From contig OZ244852.1 in NCBI GenBank assembly GCA_965220965.1, forward strand, positions 736,001 to 800,000: a stretch of DNA of 64,000 nt, written 5' to 3'. The DNA is from Candidatus Marinacidobacterium sp. (GTDB lineage Bacteria > Acidobacteriota > Vicinamibacteria > Marinacidobacterales > Marinacidobacteraceae). Both the position numbers and the translations under genes were made by a program. This document shows, in pieces, positions 57,217 to 64,000 of the stretch; within the stretch, counting starts at the first letter, position 1, and each line of letters starts with the position of its first letter. The notes under the pieces are model-generated. The model did no database searches. It saw only the letters and a list, made by a program, of their open reading frames with translations, and was not told the origin of the DNA.

Positions 57217-58551
57217 ATGATGCCGGCCGGAGGCCGCCGCTCCGGCCGGATCGTCGGCGCGCTCGCCGCGCTGGCGCTTCTCTGGGCGCCGGGGGCGCGG
57301 GCGCACGACATCCCGGACGAGGTCATCATCCCGGTCTTCGTCCGGGAGATCGGCGGCGAGCTCCAGCTTGTCGCGCGGATGCCGCTGCTCCTGCTCGCGG
57401 CGCTCAACACGCCCAAGTGGGGCGCCGGGTTCCTCGACCTCGAGCGCGCCGACCCGGCGCTTCGCCGGGCGGCCGAAGCGTTCGGCGCCGAGGCTCCCCT
57501 GTTCCGGGACGACGGCTCGCTCATCGAGCCCCGCGTCGTGGCGCAGCGCGTCGCGCTGCCCTGGGACCGGTCCTTTACCTCCTTCGAGGGGGCGCTCGAG
57601 ACGGTCGGCTCGGACCCGCTCCCGGTCGACACCCAGATCTTCTGGAATCAGGGGTTCCTCGACATCCATCTCGCCTATCCGGCGCCGGAGATCGGGGGCG
57701 TCTCGATGGAGTGCGGGGTGGCGCCGGGCTTCGGCGACCGGGTGGCGCTCGACGTGATCTACGAGACGCAGGCGGAGGACGGGACCTGGGAGGGCGATCT
57801 CTTCCACATCAGCGTGCGCGAGGGGCGGGTGGCGCTCGATCCCACCGCGTTCCAGGCGGTGCGCGCCTTCACCCGGTCCGGGGTGGAGCACATCCTGACC
57901 GGGTGGGACCACCTGCTGTTCCTGCTCTGTCTGATCGCCCCGTTCGGGAGCCTCCCGCACCTCCGTCGGCTGCTCATCATCGTGACCGGCTTCACGGTGG
58001 CGCACTCGGTGACGCTGGTCAGCGCCGCGCTCGGTTACGCGCCCGATCCGGCCTGGTTCCCGCCGCTGGTGGAGTCCGTGGTGGCGCTCTCGATCCTCTA
58101 CACGGCGGCCGAGAACCTGATCTCGGCGAGCGTCACCCGCCGGACCGTCCTCGCCTTCCTCTTCGGCCTCGCCCACGGGTTCGGGTTCGCCTTCGCGCTC
58201 GGGGAGTCGCTGGCGTTCGCCGGGGATCACATCCCGGTGGCGCTGTTCTCGTTCAACCTCGGAGTCGAGCTGGGGCAGGCGGCGGTGGTGGTGGCGGTGC
58301 TGCCCCTGCTTCACCTGCTGTCCCGGAGCGACCGCGCCCGGACCGCGGTGAACGCGGTCCTGTCGATCTTCGCCGGGCACGCCGCCTGGCATCTGCTCGG
58401 GCCCCGCGTGGAAGAGCTCTCCCGGGCCTGGATCCTCTCCGGCCAGCCGATGCCCGGGTGGTCGTGGCTGATCGCGCCGCTCGCGGTTGCCGGCGCCGCG
58501 AGCTGGGTCGTCGTGCTCCTCCGCCGCCGCGCCGACGACGCCGCCACCTAG
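57217..58551 (+). CDS. HupE/UreJ family membrane protein with periplasmic N-terminal domain
   Basis: Signal ARA-HDIP; GVEHILTGWDHLLF, FTVAHS, FGLAHGFGFA, FNLGVELGQ. Confidence 0.9.
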   Translation: MMPAGGRRSGRIVGALAALALLWAPGARAHDIPDEVIIPVFVREIGGELQLVARMPLLLLAALNTPKWGAGFLDLERADPALRRAAEAFGAEAPLFRDDGSLIEPRVVAQRVALPWDRSFTSFEGALETVGSDPLPVDTQIFWNQGFLDIHLAYPAPEIGGVSMECGVAPGFGDRVALDVIYETQAEDGTWEGDLFHISVREGRVALDPTAFQAVRAFTRSGVEHILTGWDHLLFLLCLIAPFGSLPHLRRLLIIVTGFTVAHSVTLVSAALGYAPDPAWFPPLVESVVALSILYTAAENLISASVTRRTVLAFLFGLAHGFGFAFALGESLAFAGDHIPVALFSFNLGVELGQAAVVVAVLPLLHLLSRSDRARTAVNAVLSIFAGHAAWHLLGPRVEELSRAWILSGQPMPGWSWLIAPLAVAGAASWVVVLLRRRADDAAT

Positions 58552-58728
58552 GGAAGGAGCAACCGGCCGTCTCGGGCTCCAGCCCCGCCAGAGTCACCAC
58601 ACAGGACTCTCAACGTAGGCGAGGGTTCAGAGCCGCAACAAAGTTCGGTGTCTGTTCGGGACAGTTGGAATTGACGACCCCTTCCACGTGACGCTTGGCG
58701 ATTCGAGAGTGGTCTCCGCCGCGTGGCC

Positions 58729-59086
58729 GGGGGAGGGGCCCGGGGAGGGGGTTTCTGTGATTGTTGGCGCCGAGGCGTCACAGACGCCGCCCCGTCGCTC
58801 TTGCCGCGTAGTGTCGTGCCGCGTGGTGTCGTGGGGAGGGTTCGGGAGGGGTTTCCCCTCCCGAGAGAGAAAGACCGTTTCATCGTGACTTGGCGCGGAG
58901 CGCAAGTCGCGATGCCGGCCCGCAGGGCCGTGCGGTGGGAGCGACGGGGCGGATCAGGGAGAAGGTGATTGCTGGCGCCGAGGATCACAGACGCCGCCCC
59001 GTCGCTCCCACCGGATGGTTCAGGGGGTTTCCCCCTCCCCATATTGGTCCGTTCGAATCGGAACTTGGCGAAGCAAGTTCCGATTC
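58729..59086. repeat. Mosaic cluster of REP-like palindromes and direct repeats
   Basis: Direct repeat 58757-58800/58965-59007; perfect 20-bp inverted repeat 58933-58952/58994-59013; hairpins at 58842-58864, 58881-58914, 59022-59036 and 59055-59086; tandem 15-mer at 58802-58831. Confidence 0.85.
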
Positions 59087-59134
59087 CTGGCCCGGAGGGC
59101 TTCGTTCCATGCCGCTGCTAGGATCCGCCGCGTC

Positions 59135-60208
59135 GTGACTGTCGCCACTTCCGCCCCGCCGTTTCCCGTTCAGCACGTGACGAGGTCCCGCGTGGCGGAG
59201 GTAGACCTTGCAAATGTTGCGTTCGGCTCGGTCTACAGCGATCACATGTTCTCGGCCGTCTGCCGGGACGGGTCGTGGGGCGAGGCCCGGATCGAGCCCT
59301 TCGGAGAGATCGGACTCCATCCGGCGACGGCCGTTCTCCACTACGCCCAGGCGATCTTCGAGGGCATGAAGGCCCACCTGACCGACGACGGAACGCCGGT
59401 GCTCTTCCGCCCCGAGGAGAACTGGAAGCGGATGAACCGCTCGGCCCGCCGCATGGTCATGACCGAGGTTCCCGAGGAGCTCTTCCTCGGCGGCATCCGC
59501 GAGCTCGTGAGCCTGGACCGCGGGTGGATTCCGCCGAACTCGGCGGGCGCGCTCTACATCCGGCCGTTCCTGTTCGCCGCCGATCCCTACATCGGCGTGC
59601 GCCCGGCGCGCGAGTACCGGTTCCACATCTTCACCGCCCCGGTGGGCGCCTACTACGAGGGCGCGGTGCGGCTCTACGTGACCCGTCGCTGGATCCGCGC
59701 GGCCGAGGGCGGCACCGGCGAGGCCAAGGCCGCGGGCAACTACTCAGCCTCCTACTACGGCATGTCCGAGGCCCAGGCGCACGGTTGCGACAACGTGATG
59801 TGGCTCGACTCGAAGGAGCACCGCTTCATCGAGGAGTGCGGCACCATGAACATGGTGTTCGTGATCGGGGGGCGCGTGGTCACGCCTCCGCTGAGCGGAA
59901 CGATCCTTCCGGGCATCACCCGCGACAGCCTGATCCGCCTGTGCCGGGACGAGATGGGTCTCGAGGTCGAGGAGCGGCCGGTCTCCATCGAAGAGGTTGT
60001 GGGAGCGCACGCCGACGGCTCGCTGACCGAGTGTTTCGGCGTGGGCACCGCGGCCGTCGTGACCCGGGTCGAGTTGCTGGTGGGCGACGGCATCGACGTG
60101 CGTCTGCCCGACGCTTCCGAGGTCCAGGACGGGCTGCGCGAGAGCCTGACGAGCCTGCGACTGGGTCGCCGTCCCGATCCCTACGGCTGGGTGGAGCGAC
60201 TGGACTGA
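59135..60208 (+). CDS. ilvE: Branched-chain amino acid aminotransferase
   Basis: FGSVYSDHM, LHYAQAIFEGMKA, LYIRP, KAAGNY, EECGTMN, ILPGITR, GTAAVV. Confidence 0.95.
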   Translation: MTVATSAPPFPVQHVTRSRVAEVDLANVAFGSVYSDHMFSAVCRDGSWGEARIEPFGEIGLHPATAVLHYAQAIFEGMKAHLTDDGTPVLFRPEENWKRMNRSARRMVMTEVPEELFLGGIRELVSLDRGWIPPNSAGALYIRPFLFAADPYIGVRPAREYRFHIFTAPVGAYYEGAVRLYVTRRWIRAAEGGTGEAKAAGNYSASYYGMSEAQAHGCDNVMWLDSKEHRFIEECGTMNMVFVIGGRVVTPPLSGTILPGITRDSLIRLCRDEMGLEVEERPVSIEEVVGAHADGSLTECFGVGTAAVVTRVELLVGDGIDVRLPDASEVQDGLRESLTSLRLGRRPDPYGWVERLD

Positions 60209-61434
60209 CGGGCAGAGCTGCGGCGGCCGCGCTCGTGGTCGCCGGTCTGGCCGCCTGCGGCGAAGGTCGCAGCGCCGAGGTTCTCCCCGGCCTCGACCGG
60301 ATCGCCACCGAAGGCGCCGGCGAGCTGCGCGGTCTGCGCGTCGGTCTCATCACGAACCACACCGGGCGGACCCGGGGGGGGCGGCCGGCGGCGCTGGTGC
60401 TTCGCGAAGCCGGCGTCGATGTCCGGTCGCTGTTCAGTCCCGAGCACGGATTCACCGGGGCCGCCGCCGCCGGCGTGGAGGTGGCGTCCGGAGTGGACGG
60501 GTCGTCCGGCCTTCGGGTCTTCAGCCTCTACGGCGCCGACCGGTCCCCGCAGCCGGATCAGCTCGAGGGGCTCGACGCCCTGGTCTTTGACATCCAGGAC
60601 ATCGGCGTCCGCTTCTACACCTACATCTCCACCATGCGCAACTCGCTCCTGGCGGCGCACGGCGCCGGCCTGGAGTTCTTCGTGCTGGATCGTCCGAACC
60701 CGAACCGGGGCGACCGGGTGGAGGGACCGATGCTGGATCCGCAGTTCCGGTCCTTCGTCGGCACCGATCGCATTCCGCTGCTCCACGGGATGACCGCGGG
60801 GGAACTCGCGCGACTGTTCGCCGCCCGCGAGGGCGCGGAGGCGCGGGTGGTTCCGGTCGCGAACCTGACCCGCGCCACGCGCTGGGAAGACACCGGGCTG
60901 CCGTGGCGCGCGCCCTCCCCGAACATACCGACGCTCGAGACCGCGCTGGCGTACCCGGGTTTCGGGCTGTTCGAGGGGACGAACCTGTCGGAGGGAAGGG
61001 GAACCGCCGCGCCCTTCCGGCTCATCGGGGCCCCCTGGGTCGACGCCGAGGGGTGGCTCGCCGGGCTGGGGTCCGGTCTCGGCGGGGTGCGGCTGGTCCC
61101 GGCCCGCTTCATTGCCCGACCGGTTCCCGCGGCCCCGAACCCCCGCTTCCCTGAAGTGGAGTCCGCCGGGCTGAGGATCGAGGTGACCGACCCGGGCGCG
61201 TTCCGTCCGGTGCGCGCCGGAATTCTGGCGATCGAGGCGGTCCGGGCGGCGCACCCGGAGGAATTCGAGTTCCGGCGATCGGGGGATGGTTACTGGCTGG
61301 ATCTGTTGCTCGGCACGGACCGGATCCGGCGCGGCATGGAAGAGGGCGTGGCCGCCAGCGATCTCCTGGACGCGGAGGCGGCCGCCGTCGCCGCGTTCCT
61401 CGAGGAGCGCCGTCCGCATCTCCTCTACCCGTGA
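60205..61434 (+). CDS. namZ: Exo-beta-N-acetylmuramidase NamZ family (DUF1343) lipoprotein; probable CTG start
   Basis: VGLITNHTG, FSPEHG, DIQDIGVRFYTY, LDRPNP, HGMTAGE, PSPNI, SEGRGT; lipobox LAAC. Confidence 0.9.
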   Translation: MTGRAAAAALVVAGLAACGEGRSAEVLPGLDRIATEGAGELRGLRVGLITNHTGRTRGGRPAALVLREAGVDVRSLFSPEHGFTGAAAAGVEVASGVDGSSGLRVFSLYGADRSPQPDQLEGLDALVFDIQDIGVRFYTYISTMRNSLLAAHGAGLEFFVLDRPNPNRGDRVEGPMLDPQFRSFVGTDRIPLLHGMTAGELARLFAAREGAEARVVPVANLTRATRWEDTGLPWRAPSPNIPTLETALAYPGFGLFEGTNLSEGRGTAAPFRLIGAPWVDAEGWLAGLGSGLGGVRLVPARFIARPVPAAPNPRFPEVESAGLRIEVTDPGAFRPVRAGILAIEAVRAAHPEEFEFRRSGDGYWLDLLLGTDRIRRGMEEGVAASDLLDAEAAAVAAFLEERRPHLLYP

Positions 61435-62390
61435 CCACGGAGCCGGCCGCCCTCGAAGCGGCGCCTCCAGCCGCGCCGGCGCCCGACGCCGCCTCGTCGT
61501 CCCTCCTGCTGCCGGCCGCGCTGTTCGCCGCCACGCTGGCGAGCACGCTGTGGGTCGGGGGCGGCATGGGGATCGCCAACTGGTCTCCGGAGCTCTTCGG
61601 CGATGCGGGCCGGGCGCTCTCCGGCGGAGAGTGGATCGCCGCCTGGGCCTGGTACGGCGCGCCGTACGCCCTGTCGCTGCTCCTGATCCTGCTATCCCAC
61701 GAGATGGGGCACTGGTTCGCCGCGCGCTACTACCAGGTTCGCGCCAGCCTCCCCTATTTCCTGCCCATGCCCCTGACGCTGGTGGGCACGCTGGGCGCCT
61801 TCATCCGGATCCGGTCTCCGTTCCCCAACCGCAAGGCGCTTCTCGACGTGGGCCTCGCGGGCCCGTTCGCCGGGTTCATCGTCTGCCTGCCCGTCCTGGC
61901 GCTCGGCGTCGCCACCTCCCGGTCCGGGCCGCTCGAGCCTGGCGGGCTGCAGTTCGGAGAACCGCTCGCCTTCCAGTTCTTCGCCTGGGCCTTCGGGCCG
62001 GCGGTTCCGGAGGGCCAGGCCCTCTATCTGAGCCCGATCGGCCTCGCCGCCTGGTTCGGGCTCCTGCTGACTGCGATCAACCTGCTCCCGATGGGCCAGC
62101 TCGATGGCGGCCACGCGCTCTACGCGGTGTTCCGGAGGAAGGCCCTGCGGATCTCGCGAAGCGTCCACCTCCTCATGTTCCCGCTGGCCATCCTGTCTCC
62201 GGGATGGCTGGTGTGGGGTCTCCTCGGACTCCTGCTGGGAGCCCGCCGGCCCCATCCCCCGACGCTGAACGACGGCGCGCCGCTGCCGGGGAGCCGGGTC
62301 CGCCTCGCCTGGGCGGCGCTCGTGACGTTCGCGGTCTGCTTCACGCCCGAACCGGTCGTGATGGACTGGTCGATCCTTCTGGGCGGGTGA
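61431..62390 (+). CDS. Site-2 protease (M50) family
   Basis: HEMGH, GTLGAFI, AGP, NLLPMGQLDGGH. Confidence 0.93.
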   Translation: MTTEPAALEAAPPAAPAPDAASSSLLLPAALFAATLASTLWVGGGMGIANWSPELFGDAGRALSGGEWIAAWAWYGAPYALSLLLILLSHEMGHWFAARYYQVRASLPYFLPMPLTLVGTLGAFIRIRSPFPNRKALLDVGLAGPFAGFIVCLPVLALGVATSRSGPLEPGGLQFGEPLAFQFFAWAFGPAVPEGQALYLSPIGLAAWFGLLLTAINLLPMGQLDGGHALYAVFRRKALRISRSVHLLMFPLAILSPGWLVWGLLGLLLGARRPHPPTLNDGAPLPGSRVRLAWAALVTFAVCFTPEPVVMDWSILLGG

Positions 62391-62444
62391 GCCGCCTCCC
62401 GGCGCCCGACGTCGGGACCGCCCCCGCCGGAGGCGGAAGCGCCG

Positions 62445-63638
62445 CTATCCGGCTGGGGGTCCCGCCGGAGTCAGCCCGTCGCGGCGCTGACCCATGAGAG
62501 CCGTGAGATCGGCGTCGCCGATCTCTCCGATGCGGTCGGCGAGGTGCTTGAAGCTGGTGAAGATCTCGTCCATCTCCCCCTCGGCGGGCTCGAAGCCGAG
62601 CTCTCCGAGGCGGGCTCGCAGCGCGTGGCGGCCGCTGTGCTTGCCAAGGACCAGCTCGGTGCCCGCGACTCCGACATCTTCCGGCCGCATGATCTCGTAG
62701 GTGCGCGCGTCCTGGAGGACGCCGTGCTGGTGGATCCCGGCTTCGTGGGCGAAGGCGTTCCGTCCGACGACCGCCTTGTTCCGCTGGACGGCCATCCCGG
62801 TGATCGAGGTGAGCAGGCGGCTCGCCGCGCAGAGTTCGCGGGTCTCGATGCCGGTGTCCACGCCGAACAGGTCCTTCCGGGTGCGGAGCGCCATCACGAC
62901 CTCTTCGAGCGAGGCGTTTCCGGCCCGCTCCCCGATCCCGTTCACGGTGCACTCCACCTGCCGGGCTCCCGCCCGAACGGCGGCGAGGCTGTTCGCGACC
63001 GCCATCCCGAGGTCGTTGTGGCAGTGGACGCTGATCACCGCCTTCTCGATGCCGCGGACGTTCCCGACCAGGTTCCGGATGAGCGCGCCGAACTCCTCGG
63101 GCATCGCATAGCCGACCGTGTCGGGGATGTTCACGGTCGAAGCCCCGGCGTCGATGACCCGCTCCACGACCTCGACGAGGAAGTCGGGTTCCGTGCGGGA
63201 TCCGTCTTCCGGGGAGAACTCGACGTCCTCGGTGAGCTCCCTGGCGGCGGCGACGGACTCGACCGCGCGGCGCAGGATCTCCTGCTTCGCCATGCGCAGC
63301 TTGAACTCGCGGTGGAGCGCGCTGGTGGCGAGGAACACGTGGATCCGCGGCCTCGGCGCGTCCCGGAGGGCGTCCCAGGCGGCGGCGATGTCCGCCGGAA
63401 CGCACCGGGCGAGCGCCGCGATGCGGGGCCCCTCGATCTCCCGCGCGATCTCCCGGACCGCCTCGCGATCTCCCTCGGAGACCGCCGGAAACCCCGCCTC
63501 GAGGACATCCACCCGAAGTCGCGCAAGCTGACGGGCCATGCGGAGCTTGCCGTCGAGCCCCATGCTGCAGCCGGGCGACTGTTCGCCGTCCCGGAGCGTC
63601 GTGTCGAAGATCCGGACGCGGTCGGACTGGATTGTCAT
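62445..63638 (-). CDS. leuA: 2-isopropylmalate synthase, short form lacking the C-terminal regulatory domain
   Basis: [48 protein letters not shown]; 397 aa. Confidence 0.92.
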   Translation of the reverse strand: MTIQSDRVRIFDTTLRDGEQSPGCSMGLDGKLRMARQLARLRVDVLEAGFPAVSEGDREAVREIAREIEGPRIAALARCVPADIAAAWDALRDAPRPRIHVFLATSALHREFKLRMAKQEILRRAVESVAAARELTEDVEFSPEDGSRTEPDFLVEVVERVIDAGASTVNIPDTVGYAMPEEFGALIRNLVGNVRGIEKAVISVHCHNDLGMAVANSLAAVRAGARQVECTVNGIGERAGNASLEEVVMALRTRKDLFGVDTGIETRELCAASRLLTSITGMAVQRNKAVVGRNAFAHEAGIHQHGVLQDARTYEIMRPEDVGVAGTELVLGKHSGRHALRARLGELGFEPAEGEMDEIFTSFKHLADRIGEIGDADLTALMGQRRDGLTPAGPPAG

Positions 63639-63679
63639 GGCGGTCCTCGGGGGGCGCCCCTGCAAATGACGGAATCGGC

Positions 63680-63708
63680 AACCTAGTGCGGCCCGCGGCC
63701 CCAGTCAA
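63680..63708 (-). promoter_or_regulatory. Sigma70 promoter of leuA
   Basis: Minus strand reads TTGACT-N17-TAGGTT, about 40 nt upstream of the ATG. Confidence 0.65.
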
Positions 63709-63789
63709 CGCGCGACGGATCGCCTCCGGGGGGGCGCTCCGCGGGACTGGTATAGCCTTCCGCGCCTTCCACACCGCCCCAGCGTCGCC

Positions 63790-64000
63790 TTGCCGGTCAC
63801 CCGAAAACCCTCCGCCCGCGCCACCCTGGAGAAGCGTCCGGCCAAGCTGTTGCGGCAGGTCGCGGGCCTCGAGGATGCGGCGCAACTTCCGGCCATCCTG
63901 GGGCCGAGGGTGGCGACGCGGCACACGCTGGCCGCCTACCGGAAGGCCGCGAAGGCTCTGGTGGCGGAGAAGGAAGAGGCCAGCGCCCGCAGGCGCGGCG
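63790..64000 (+). CDS. Hypothetical protein, 5' part only (runs off the window)
   Basis: Open frame from TTG 63790 (LPVTRKP...LAAYRKAAKALVAEKEE) with GC3-rich codons; TAGCCT upstream. Confidence 0.45.
   Translation, partial: MPVTRKPSARATLEKRPAKLLRQVAGLEDAAQLPAILGPRVATRHTLAAYRKAAKALVAEKEEASARRRG

Noticed and set aside
58628-58645. CAGAGCCGCAACAAAG as an IS5-like terminal repeat
   Set aside because: No partner inverted repeat, target duplication or transposase found; the resemblance is only impressionistic.
58729-59086. Possible CRISPR array
   Set aside because: Only two or three degenerate units with irregular, structured spacing; no cas genes.
58548-59138. Short ORFs in the hupE-ilvE gap
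   Set aside because: Low-complexity translations of palindromic repeats with atypical codon usage.
63639-63680. Leucine attenuator or leader peptide for leuA
   Set aside because: The predicted leader is only about 35 nt with no Leu-codon run or terminator.

Overview
A very GC-rich (by eye about 70% or more), gene-dense bacterial window with about 48 protein-coding genes. I found no rRNA, tRNA, CRISPR array, prophage or transposase. The gene content (GWxTD protein, three CRTAC1/FG-GAP proteins, many TPR proteins, an Oar-type TonB-dependent receptor, an NHL plus HupE/UreJ pair) suggests Acidobacteriota; this is an inference. Housekeeping genes are modABC, lysA, ligA, fabI, ilvE, two LeuA-family synthases, addAB-like genes and peptidoglycan-recycling enzymes. 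The most notable features are: (1) a co-oriented TonB-DUF1326 fusion, TonB-dependent receptor and Tat-exported molybdo-oxidoreductase; (2) a lipoprotein with three tandem Rid domains, translationally coupled to modABC; (3) exported versions of normally cytoplasmic enzymes, including an FMN hydroxy-acid oxidase with a CxxCH motif; (4) three remodelled DNA-repair enzymes (LigD with an apparently dead ligase domain, LigA with a duplicated HhH block, AddAB with a split degenerate AddA nuclease and no Fe-S cysteines); (5) a dispersed intergenic repeat combining a G-quadruplex-like tract, a competing hairpin and a covarying GNA/GNRA-loop hairpin; (6) an orphan Phd antitoxin followed by a 17-codon VapC-like relic. 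All calls come from manual motif recognition; no database search was run. Most long antisense ORFs in the track are high-GC shadow frames.
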